DNA of 64,000 nt, from positions 438-64,437 of the forward strand of contig JANXVU010000164.1 in NCBI GenBank assembly GCA_025351485.1. The letters are read 5' to 3'. Source of the DNA: Candidatus Eiseniibacteriota bacterium (GTDB lineage Bacteria; Eisenbacteria; RBG-16-71-46; JACRLI01). Under the pieces are notes generated by a model. That model did no database searches and was not told where the DNA came from. It was given only the letters and a program-made list of their open reading frames with translations. Both the position numbers and the translations under genes were made by a program. Positions 56,406 through 64,000 of this stretch are shown one piece after another (the first letter of the stretch is position 1; every line of letters begins with the position of its first letter).

Positions 56406-57249
56406 ACCCCTCAAGCGCAAACTCAGCGCGCTGAAGCGCGCCGGCACGCCGTCCGCCGCGCGCAAGCGGGCCAAGGCCGCCGGGGCCCGCGCCGGGGAAG
56501 AAGGGGTCACTCGCGAGCCGCTGGGCGTGGAGGCCTACCTCGCGGGCGCGGAGCTGCAGACGGCGCACGGCCGGATGTTCGTCCACCAGCGCACCCGCTC
56601 CGAGATGGACAAGGGCACGGCGAGGTTCCTGCGCCGGCTGGCCAAGCTCCAGGAAAGTTCCCTCAAGCTGGACTGCCACGAGCAAATTGCCCAACTGCTC
56701 ACCGAAGGCCTCCACAAGGCGCTGTTCCTGGACCTGGAAACGACCGGGCTTTCCCAGTCGCCGGTGTTCCTCACCGGGGTGATGTACGCGGGCCGCACCG
56801 ACTGGACGCTCCAGCAGTACTTCGCGCGCAACTACGCCGAGGAAAAGGCGCTGGTGCGCACCTCTCTGGATCTGCTGGACGAGCGGCCCAACCTGGTCAC
56901 GTTCAACGGGCGCACCTTCGACTGGCCGTTCCTGAAGGTGCGGGCCGCCTACCACAAGCTGAAGCTCCCGCGGGAGCCCTTCCACGTGGACCTGTTGCAC
57001 CATTCGCGTCGCCACTGGCGCGGAGCGTTCGAAAACTGCAAACTGCAGACACTGGAGTGGAAGGTGGTGGGGCGGCGCCGGGTAGGGGACGTGGGCGGGG
57101 CCGAGATCCCGGAGCGCTATCACCGCTTCGTCAAGGACGGCGATCCCTGGCCGCTGGCACCGGTCTTCCACCACAACCTGCTGGACCTTGTCACCATGGG
57201 CGACCTCCTGGTGGAAATCCTGGAACGCGAGATCGGGGAAGAGGCCTGA
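56395..57249 (+). CDS. RNase H-like 3'-5' exonuclease (MrfB/YprB-like)
   Basis: 'FLDLETTGLS', 'TFNGRTFD', 'HVDLLH', 'HNLLD'. Confidence 0.9.
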   Translation: MADEPLKRKLSALKRAGTPSAARKRAKAAGARAGEEGVTREPLGVEAYLAGAELQTAHGRMFVHQRTRSEMDKGTARFLRRLAKLQESSLKLDCHEQIAQLLTEGLHKALFLDLETTGLSQSPVFLTGVMYAGRTDWTLQQYFARNYAEEKALVRTSLDLLDERPNLVTFNGRTFDWPFLKVRAAYHKLKLPREPFHVDLLHHSRRHWRGAFENCKLQTLEWKVVGRRRVGDVGGAEIPERYHRFVKDGDPWPLAPVFHHNLLDLVTMGDLLVEILEREIGEEA

Positions 57250-57897
57250 ATGCCGGACGGCCAGCTGAACCTGGAAGAGCTGCTGGCCGACCTGGGCTTT
57301 GACTCCCCCGGGGCGCACCAGGCGGCTCTGGCGCTGCTCCGCGAGGAAGGCCTGGTCAGCAGCCGTCCCAAGACGTTCATTTCCCGGGACAAGAAGCCCC
57401 GGGTTCGCGAGATGCTCCAATCCCGCTTCCTGGCCCACTGCGCCGACGCCGAGTGTTCCCGCCTGGGCCGGGAGCGCGCCCGCTCTTCCGGGCTGGCCCC
57501 GGTGCTGGCCGGCCGCCGGGCCGCCTGCCAGATCTGCCAGGGGGCCAACAACCGGCGCGCGTTCGCGCGGGCCCGGCAGGCGTGCGTGGAGCACGGGATC
57601 ACCCAGTGGCTCATCGTGGGCGGAAGTCCCAACCTGCGAAGCGACCTGGCGGCCTACCTGGCCGAGGCCCCGGAGCTGCGGATCGACGTGGACGAGGGCC
57701 GCTCCGGGGACTCCAAGTCCGACCGGGCCCGGGCCCGCCGCGTCCAGGCCATCGCGATTCTTTCCAGAAGCGAGATCAACCACAAGCACACGGCGGTGTA
57801 TACTGGTGAATTCAAGGAGAAGGTGATTCTCATTCCCGCCCGCGGTCTCGAGGCGCTCTTCGAGGGCATGGAGCGGCACGCAAGGGGCGCCCGTTGA
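57250..57897 (+). CDS. Hypothetical protein with four Cys and a DUF2325-like C-terminal region
   Basis: 'CADAEC...CQIC'; 'IVGG...SEINHKHT'. Confidence 0.6.
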   Translation: MPDGQLNLEELLADLGFDSPGAHQAALALLREEGLVSSRPKTFISRDKKPRVREMLQSRFLAHCADAECSRLGRERARSSGLAPVLAGRRAACQICQGANNRRAFARARQACVEHGITQWLIVGGSPNLRSDLAAYLAEAPELRIDVDEGRSGDSKSDRARARRVQAIAILSRSEINHKHTAVYTGEFKEKVILIPARGLEALFEGMERHARGAR

Positions 57898-58262
57898 AAC
57901 TGAGACTCCTGTTCACCCTGGCCGTCGTCCTGTTGATGGCCGTCGCTTCCATGGCATCCGCCCGCGACGCGGGCTTCCGGGACTCCCGGCACCTGCACCA
58001 GCACTATCTCAAGCACGGGTCCGAATTCGGGCGCATCAGCGAGCAGCAGTACCTGGAGCTGGCCGTGGCGCTCCGCGACGCCCGGGTGGGCGGGGACATC
58101 CAGGAAATGCGCCGCCCGGATGGCCGGCTGTGCCGATTCGACCGGCGTTCGGGAGCTTTCATCGCCTTTGACGGCAATCGCACGATCCGAACGTTTTTCA
58201 AGCCGCGAGACGGCGAACGCTACTTCCACCGGCAGTCCCGGCGGGGCGATGACCAGCCCTAG
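57894..58262 (+). CDS. Small secreted protein resembling polymorphic-toxin RNase-type tip domains
   Basis: Signal peptide; 'HYLKHGSEFG..S..QY...A' and 'F......IRTFFKP..G..YF.RQ'. Confidence 0.65.
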   Translation: MKLRLLFTLAVVLLMAVASMASARDAGFRDSRHLHQHYLKHGSEFGRISEQQYLELAVALRDARVGGDIQEMRRPDGRLCRFDRRSGAFIAFDGNRTIRTFFKPRDGERYFHRQSRRGDDQP

Positions 58263-58281
58263 GGACAACGAAAGAGGCACC

Positions 58282-58707
58282 ATGGGCGCGAACGATGCTG
58301 TGAAGAACTACCTGGAAGGGCGCGGCTGCGATTTCGAGACCGTGGACGGCGGGCTCCCAGGGCTCGTCGCGGACTGGGAAGGCGTGGTCGAGGACATGGC
58401 CGAGGAAGGCTACGGGTTCGGCCTGGACGACCTCCTGAACGACATGGACGCCCGGGACATACTGGAGGGCGCTCTACTGGCGGCCGGAGTGGAAGCCGGA
58501 GCCGCCCGCGCCGCCACCCAGCTGGCCGACGACGAGTTCAAGTCGCTGAGCGTCCCCACCGACAAGTGCCTATGGGGCGAGTCCATCGCCAAGAAGAACG
58601 GCTGGACGCACAAGAAGCAGTGGTGGTACTTCCGCGTGCCGGCCAAGCGCAACGAGGACCTGGACGAGGACCTGGAGAGCGCCGGCATCAAGGCGATGAA
58701 GAGCTAG
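58282..58707 (+). CDS. Acidic cytoplasmic hypothetical protein
   Basis: GAGG RBS; Asp/Glu-rich; 'WWYFRVP'. Confidence 0.7.
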   Translation: MGANDAVKNYLEGRGCDFETVDGGLPGLVADWEGVVEDMAEEGYGFGLDDLLNDMDARDILEGALLAAGVEAGAARAATQLADDEFKSLSVPTDKCLWGESIAKKNGWTHKKQWWYFRVPAKRNEDLDEDLESAGIKAMKS

Positions 58708-59566
58708 CCTTGACCCGGTTGGCCTGCCACACCCCCAGCACCACCAGGAGGGCTCCCAGCAGGTAGTCCGCGCCCAGCGGTTCGTGCAGGTAGAGCCATC
58801 CCCAGAACAGCGCCAGGGGAGGCGTGACCAGTGAGATGGTGGAGGCCTTGGTGGCCTCCCAGTGGCGGAAGAGCCGGAACACCAGCACGAACGCCACCGC
58901 CGAGCCGAACACCGCCAGGTAGAGCAGGGAGAAGATCCCCCCGGGCGTGATCGCCCGGACCGGGTGCCTCTCCAGCAGCAGCGCCGGGAGCATCATCATC
59001 GCCCCGGCAAAGAGATGGGCCCAGCCCAGCCCGGTGAATTGCGGGCCGTGCCGCCCCAGCTTCTTGATGAACACCGCCATGTACCCCTGCACGAAGGCCG
59101 CGCCCACGATCGCCAGCGCTCCGCTCAGCGCTGCGTGCCCGTGAAGTTGCGAGCGGCACACCAGCACCACTCCGCCGACCCCCAGGAGCATCCCCACCAA
59201 CTGCGCGGGGCGGAAACGCTCCCGGGCCAGCAGGAAGTGCGCGAACCCCACGGCGAACAGCGGCTGCAGGGAGAACAGCACCGCGGTGAGCCCGCTCGGA
59301 AGGCGACTCTCCCCCAGGTAGATGCAGGCATAGGGCAGGGCCAGTGTTCCAAAGCCGAGGATCCCTGCCAGGCACCATTCCTTGCGGTCGGGCGGCGTGA
59401 GCGGCTCACCGGTAAACCGGGCGGCCACGAGCAACACCGGCCCGGCGATCAGGAACCGTACCGCCAGAAAGGTGAGCGGGGAAAAGCACTCCAGGCCGGT
59501 CTTGATGAACAGCCAGGTGGTGCTCCAGATGAGGCAGCAACCGATGTAGGCGAGCAGGTTGGTCAT
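58688..59566 (-). CDS. EamA/DMT family transporter
   Basis: 'LIWSTTW', about 10 TM segments, 'YLAVFGS..AF'. Confidence 0.92.
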   Translation of the reverse strand: MTNLLAYIGCCLIWSTTWLFIKTGLECFSPLTFLAVRFLIAGPVLLVAARFTGEPLTPPDRKEWCLAGILGFGTLALPYACIYLGESRLPSGLTAVLFSLQPLFAVGFAHFLLARERFRPAQLVGMLLGVGGVVLVCRSQLHGHAALSGALAIVGAAFVQGYMAVFIKKLGRHGPQFTGLGWAHLFAGAMMMLPALLLERHPVRAITPGGIFSLLYLAVFGSAVAFVLVFRLFRHWEATKASTISLVTPPLALFWGWLYLHEPLGADYLLGALLVVLGVWQANRVKASSSSP

Positions 59567-59588
59567 GGGACTCCGGGCCCGAAACAGG

Positions 59589-59619
59589 AAGGGGGCGGCC
59601 CCATCGGAGCCGCCCCCTT
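59589..59619 (-). terminator. Hairpin, probable terminator
   Basis: aagggggcggc/gccgccccctt stem downstream of the cytochrome gene. Confidence 0.55.
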
Positions 59620-59633
59620 GATCCAATCGGCGG

Positions 59634-60449
59634 CTACTTGACCGTGATCGTCACCATCTTGGCGAACTGGATGCGGCCCGATTCCGCGCCGCCTCCGCCC
59701 AGCGGGAACTTGCGGCCGTCGGGGGTCTGCACCGTGCCGAGCGGCGTGGACTTTTCCGTGCCGTACAGGAACGCCGCGGACACCGTGTATTCGCCGGGGG
59801 CGGTGGGGGCCTTGAGCGAGTACTCGACCTTGCAGTCGGCGTAGGTTCCCGCGACCGGATCGCTGTGCACATCGTAGATGTTCACGTAGTTGATGCCCTT
59901 CGGCAGTCCGGCGGCGCGTGCGTCGGTCCACTTGGTCTGGGCCTTGCCGTCCATCCCGGTGACCTCGGGGGCCTTGGTGATCACGAAGCCTTCGGTCTGG
60001 ATCGGGCCCGACTGGTTGCGGTAGTCGTTGTCGGTGAGCATCACGCCCACCACCGGGCCACCCCCGCCGTGGGTCTTCACCGTGACCGTCATGGCGGCGC
60101 CCGGCTTGACCGTGGTGGAAGAGAGGGTGAGCGTCACCGTGGAATTCTTGTCCACGGCTTTGATGGCGTCCACGAGCTTGCCGCGGTCCGCTTCGCTCAG
60201 CTTGCCGTAGGACTCCTCGCCCTTGAGGATGCCGGGGTAGTGCTTCTTCTCCGGCGTCTGCGAAGCCTGCGCGGCGGCCGGCATTTCCCGAAGCTGCTCG
60301 GCGCTGGTCGAGGAGTGGCAGCGCGCGCAGTAGGGCGCGGCGTTGGTTACGCTGGACGGAGTGCCGCCGGGGTAGGCGGACAGATAGCCGGTGAGCCCCA
60401 GGGCTCCGGCCGCGGCGAGCCCGGCGGCAAGAAGAAGCGAACGATTCAT
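59634..60449 (-). CDS. Secreted monoheme c-type cytochrome-like protein with beta-rich C-terminal domain
   Basis: Signal peptide; a single CARCH motif. Confidence 0.7.
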   Translation of the reverse strand: MNRSLLLAAGLAAAGALGLTGYLSAYPGGTPSSVTNAAPYCARCHSSTSAEQLREMPAAAQASQTPEKKHYPGILKGEESYGKLSEADRGKLVDAIKAVDKNSTVTLTLSSTTVKPGAAMTVTVKTHGGGGPVVGVMLTDNDYRNQSGPIQTEGFVITKAPEVTGMDGKAQTKWTDARAAGLPKGINYVNIYDVHSDPVAGTYADCKVEYSLKAPTAPGEYTVSAAFLYGTEKSTPLGTVQTPDGRKFPLGGGGAESGRIQFAKMVTITVK

Positions 60450-60498
60450 CAGGGTGACTCCTCTCGAGACGTGGATGATGGGAGAAACAGTTTCAAAT

Positions 60499-61068
60499 CT
60501 AGTCGGAACCTTCGCTCCCGGCGGGGCCGCCCGGGTGGCATTTCACGCACTGGGCCTGGACCACGGCCGGATTCATGAAGATCCGCTCGCGCGGCCCTGC
60601 CGAGTGCACCGTGTGACAGTCCACGCAGCGCGTCGGGATCGAGCGGTGCTCGGCGAGGTCGTGAAAGCGGCCGCTGTCCGTGTGTAAACCGTGTCCGAGA
60701 CGTCCGTGGCACTTGGTGCAGGCGGTGTTCTCCAGCTTCACCCTCATGGAGTCGGGCTCGTGCCGGTCGCCCAAGACCCACCGCGCCGCATCGTAGGCGG
60801 AGTAGGCGGTCACCGTGGTCCAGCCTGCCACGCCCTCTCCGCTGTGACAGGTGAAGCATCGCTCGGGATGGGCCGCGTGCCTGGCGCGGAAATGCCCTCC
60901 GGCCAGGGTGCCCGGGGTGGGGGCAATCGTCCTGCGATAGAGGTCTTCGTGCAGGTGGCACGAGATGCAAAACCGGTTGTCGTTGTCCTTGTGCTTCACA
61001 AAGGCTACCGAGCCGCCGGCCAGCAGGATGGCGGCCGCGAGGGCCCCGCCCAGGATGCGTTTTTGCAT
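60499..61068 (-). CDS. Membrane-anchored pentaheme c-type cytochrome (NapC/NirT-like)
   Basis: N-terminal TM segment; CISCH, CFTCH, CTKCH, CVDCH, CVKCH. Confidence 0.85.
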   Translation of the reverse strand: MQKRILGGALAAAILLAGGSVAFVKHKDNDNRFCISCHLHEDLYRRTIAPTPGTLAGGHFRARHAAHPERCFTCHSGEGVAGWTTVTAYSAYDAARWVLGDRHEPDSMRVKLENTACTKCHGRLGHGLHTDSGRFHDLAEHRSIPTRCVDCHTVHSAGPRERIFMNPAVVQAQCVKCHPGGPAGSEGSD

Positions 61069-61193
61069 GAAGCGGGAAGCGTGTCAGATTGCCGCCCGGG
61101 GCACAAGCGGGAATAGGGCCGGGCTTTCCGGCGTCCGCCCCCGGGCGGGCCGTGGGTGCCGCGGGGCGCAACCAGCGGGGCCCCGGCCAAGGT

Positions 61194-61223
61194 TTGACAC
61201 ACCGGAGGGGGGATTCCTATAGT
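61194..61223 (+). promoter_or_regulatory. Strong sigma70 promoter of the tol-pal operon; leaderless geometry
   Basis: TTGACA-N18-TATAGT, 7 nt before ATG 61231. Confidence 0.75.
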
Positions 61224-61230
61224 GTTGAGC

Positions 61231-61941
61231 ATGGATATCTCCCGGCCGCGATTGGATTTCCGCGGAAGTCTCTTCTTTTCGGCGCTGCTCCACGCCTCTC
61301 TGCTGGCGGTTTTCGTTCTCACCCGCCCGCAGGTGATCGAAGTGGCCATGCCCGGCAACATCCCGATCGCCCTGGAGTCCGGGCCGGCCGGGCCTGTCGC
61401 CACGGCGGCGCCGGCGGCGGTGGCGCCTGCGGTCAAGCCGGCACCCCGGGAGATCAAGAAGGACGAGGTGGCCGAAGCCCACAAGAAGAAGAAAGAGCCG
61501 CCCAAGGCGGTGCCGAAAAAACCCGAGCCGACCAGGCCCGTGCCTCCGAGCCAGACTCCGCCTTCCGCCTCCACCAGTACTTCGCCGGCCCCCGCGCCCG
61601 GGGGTGCCCCCGGCGCGGGCGAGGCCCGGATCGGCACCGCGGGCACGCCCGGGACCTCCGGGGACACCCGCCTGGGCTATTACCTGCTGGCCGTTCGCAA
61701 CAAGATCGGCAGCAACTGGAGTCCCCCGGGAGTGGACCGGCGCACCAAGGCCTCGGTTTTTTTCAAGGTGGATCGCCGCGGAGCCGTGACGGAGATCCAG
61801 TTGGAGCAGTCTTCCGGCTCGCCGGTCTTCGACCAATTGGCCATCCGCGCGGTCAAGAACGCCGCGCCGCTGCCTCCGCTACCCGACTTTTTCACGCAGC
61901 CCGAACTGGGAGTTCATTTTGATTTCGAACAGTCTCACTAG
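61231..61941 (+). CDS. tolA: TolA/TonB-family energy transducer
   Basis: TM segment with 'SALLH', Pro/Lys-rich linker, TonB-C-like 'SSG..VFD..A.RAV..AAPLPPLP'; lies upstream of tolB. Confidence 0.8.
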   Translation: MDISRPRLDFRGSLFFSALLHASLLAVFVLTRPQVIEVAMPGNIPIALESGPAGPVATAAPAAVAPAVKPAPREIKKDEVAEAHKKKKEPPKAVPKKPEPTRPVPPSQTPPSASTSTSPAPAPGGAPGAGEARIGTAGTPGTSGDTRLGYYLLAVRNKIGSNWSPPGVDRRTKASVFFKVDRRGAVTEIQLEQSSGSPVFDQLAIRAVKNAAPLPPLPDFFTQPELGVHFDFEQSH

Positions 61942-63220
61942 AATCACCGTCGTCATCATGGTCGTGGCCGCGGCCGCCGCGCTGATCCTCCGTGCCTCCG
62001 TGCCACGCAAGGCCGAGGCCCGCAGCACCGAGGTGCGCATCGGCCTCAAGCGCGGCCTCAAGCGCGATCCGATTCCACTGCGCCTGGACGACTGGACCTC
62101 CGCCGGAGACATGGCCGGGGCGGCCAGCGCGACCACCACCGGAAAGCCGGTCCTGGAAAACGACCTCACCATCAGCGGACTGTTCGGGGTCACTACCGGG
62201 AGCTCGGTGAGCGACAGCACCGCCGTGGCCGGCCTCTCGGGCTACGAGTTGGCCGTGGAGGTGCACGCCACCGGCCGGGACGAAGACCTGAACGTGCGGG
62301 TGTACAGCCTGCCCGGCCGCAGCGTGGTGTGGCAGAAGACCTACCGGGCCACCGACACCATCCTGCGCCGGGTGGTGCACGAGATCTCCGACGACGTGGT
62401 GTTCCAGCTCGCCGGGGAGACGGGGATCGCCCAGTCGCAGATCGCCTACTCCCTGGAGCTCGGGCGGGCCCGGGAGATTTTCATCGCCGACTACGACGGC
62501 TTCAATCCCCGCCAGGCCACCCGGGACCGGAACCTGGACTTTTCGCCGTCGCTCAGCTCGGACGGGCGCTGGCTGGTGTACTCCTCGCTCCGCCGCCAGA
62601 CCTACGCGATCGTACTCCAGGACATCTCGACCGGGCGCGAGCGGGTGCTGTTCGAGGGCCCGGGCAGCGCTCTTTCGCCGGCCTTTTCGCCAGACGGCGA
62701 ATCGGTGGCTTTTGCCACCAGCCGCGACGGGAACCACGAAATCTACACCGTGAAGCGCGACGGAACCGGCCTGGCCCGGCTGACCCGGAGCGAGGCGATC
62801 GACGTGCAGCCCAGCTGGTCGCCCGACGGCCGCCAGATCGCGTTCTGCTCGGACCGGACCGGAACCGCCGGTATCTACGTGATGGGCTCGGATGGGACCG
62901 ATACCCGCCGGATCAGCCGGGACCGAAACCGCTGCGAAGCCCCGTCGTGGTCCCCCAAGGGGGTGCTGCTGGCCTACATGGCCCGGGTCAGCGGGACCTA
63001 CGACACACGAATCGCTGACGTGGCGACCGGAAACGATTACAATCTGACCCAGGGGAACGGCAGCGACGAAAGCCCCCACTGGGCCGCCAACGGCCGTCAC
63101 CTGGTCGTGGTGGCCCATCGCGGCGGCGAGACGGGCCTGTTCATCTTGAATTCGGAATCCGGCGAGACGTTCCACCTGCCCATCCGTGGCAACGTCGAAA
63201 CGCCGACCTGGTATCGTTGA
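61919..63220 (+). CDS. tolB: Tol-Pal beta-propeller protein TolB
   Basis: PD40 repeats (P.FSPDG, PSWSPDG); 'VHEISDDVV..L.GE.GIA.SQIAY'. Start uncertain (61919 or 61958). Confidence 0.9.
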   Translation: MISNSLTRITVVIMVVAAAAALILRASVPRKAEARSTEVRIGLKRGLKRDPIPLRLDDWTSAGDMAGAASATTTGKPVLENDLTISGLFGVTTGSSVSDSTAVAGLSGYELAVEVHATGRDEDLNVRVYSLPGRSVVWQKTYRATDTILRRVVHEISDDVVFQLAGETGIAQSQIAYSLELGRAREIFIADYDGFNPRQATRDRNLDFSPSLSSDGRWLVYSSLRRQTYAIVLQDISTGRERVLFEGPGSALSPAFSPDGESVAFATSRDGNHEIYTVKRDGTGLARLTRSEAIDVQPSWSPDGRQIAFCSDRTGTAGIYVMGSDGTDTRRISRDRNRCEAPSWSPKGVLLAYMARVSGTYDTRIADVATGNDYNLTQGNGSDESPHWAANGRHLVVVAHRGGETGLFILNSESGETFHLPIRGNVETPTWYR

Positions 63221-63260
63221 TCCTTAGTCCCACCCAACAGCCTACATGGAGGTTCGCATC

Positions 63261-63806
63261 ATGACTCGCTCCCTCAAGCTCTCCCTGATCTTCGCCCTGG
63301 CCGCGGGCCTCGCGGTTGCCGGTTGCGCCCGCAAGGGCAACGACAATCTCGTCAACACCAACCCGACGGATAAGAGCAAGACCGGCGCGGACGCCACGCC
63401 AACCCCGGTCACGAACGATCCGAACTCGCCCACCACCAGCACCGAGAAGGCCGGCGACGGCAAGCTCTACACCTACCAGGATGTCCGTTTCGCCTACGAC
63501 GACGCCAGCCTGGACGCCGAGGCCAAGACCGTCCTGAAGGACATCGGGGACCACCTGGTCACTTCCGCGAAGTCCCGCGTGATCATCGAAGGTCACTGCG
63601 ACGAGCGCGGCTCGGTGGAATACAACCAGGCCCTGGGCGAGCGCCGCGCCAACAGCGTGAAGGAGTACCTCACCAGCTACGGCGTTACGGACGACAGCCG
63701 CATGCGCACCATCAGCTACGGCAACCAGCGCCCCATCGACCCGGGCCACGACGAAACCGCCTGGGCCAAGAATCGCCGCGCGCACTTCGTGGTGCCCAAC
63801 CCGTGA
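63261..63806 (+). CDS. pal: Peptidoglycan-associated lipoprotein
   Basis: GGAGG RBS; lipobox VAGC; '[19 protein letters not shown]', 'NRRA.F'. Confidence 0.95.
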   Translation: MTRSLKLSLIFALAAGLAVAGCARKGNDNLVNTNPTDKSKTGADATPTPVTNDPNSPTTSTEKAGDGKLYTYQDVRFAYDDASLDAEAKTVLKDIGDHLVTSAKSRVIIEGHCDERGSVEYNQALGERRANSVKEYLTSYGVTDDSRMRTISYGNQRPIDPGHDETAWAKNRRAHFVVPNP

Positions 63807-64000
63807 GGGGCCGCTCGCTCGCCGCACCGTTCCTGGGCTGCGCGCTCGTGGTCACCGGTTGCGCCAGCGGCAAGATGGGGGAAGCGATCGACCGGGTGGA
63901 TCTGCGCACCGTGTCCATCGACTCCCTGCAGCGGATCCAGCGCAAGGACCTGCTGGACCTGCGCAAGGACTACGAGGACCAGAGCAAGTTCCTGCGCTCC
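63803..64000 (+). CDS. Probable CpoB/YbgF lipoprotein, 5' part (runs off the window)
   Basis: GTG overlaps the pal stop; [20 protein letters not shown] lipobox followed by a coiled-coil-like stretch; expected synteny after pal. Confidence 0.65.
   Translation, partial: MRGRSLAAPFLGCALVVTGCASGKMGEAIDRVDLRTVSIDSLQRIQRKDLLDLRKDYEDQSKFLRS

Noticed and set aside
53946-57249. DISARM (DrmAB) or other DUF1998 defence system
   Set aside because: Helicase and DUF1998 are in one polypeptide next to an RNase H-like exonuclease, matching MrfAB/YprAB; no methylase, SNF2 or PLD partner is present.

Overview
A GC-rich, gene-dense chromosomal window from a diderm bacterium. It carries a Tol-Pal operon, a PorV-like barrel and three secreted proteins ending in FlgD-Ig-type C-terminal domains, which suggests an FCB-affiliated lineage such as Ca. 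Eisenbacteria (inference only). I annotated about 50 CDS. In order: an M16 peptidase pair, GH15 plus a CBM48-type protein, envelope and secreted proteins, two TMTC-like and one other GT-C glycosyltransferase, a PorV/FG-GAP/Rhs operon, trxA, an Eis-NatAB-M24-hflX-aspartyl protease operon, GS type III, efp, a decaying patch (TMEM175 nonsense, PEP-CTERM frameshift), a lexA/dinB/DUF72/MrfAB-like DNA-damage region, two c-type cytochromes and tolA-tolB-pal-cpoB. No rRNA, tRNA, CRISPR array or intact mobile element was recognised. Top leads: (1) a TGCAC-N4-GTGCA operator in the lexA promoter and again in front of a catalytically dead IS200-TnpA-derived gene that heads a DUF6504-dinB cassette; (2) a short-leader uORF with two PPW stall motifs that overlaps the efp start, a candidate EF-P feedback sensor; (3) a signal-peptide Rhs protein with an unrecognised tip and no immunity gene, co-operonic with PorV; (4) a GGA-rich candidate sRNA. 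All family calls come from motif recognition by eye; no searches were run.
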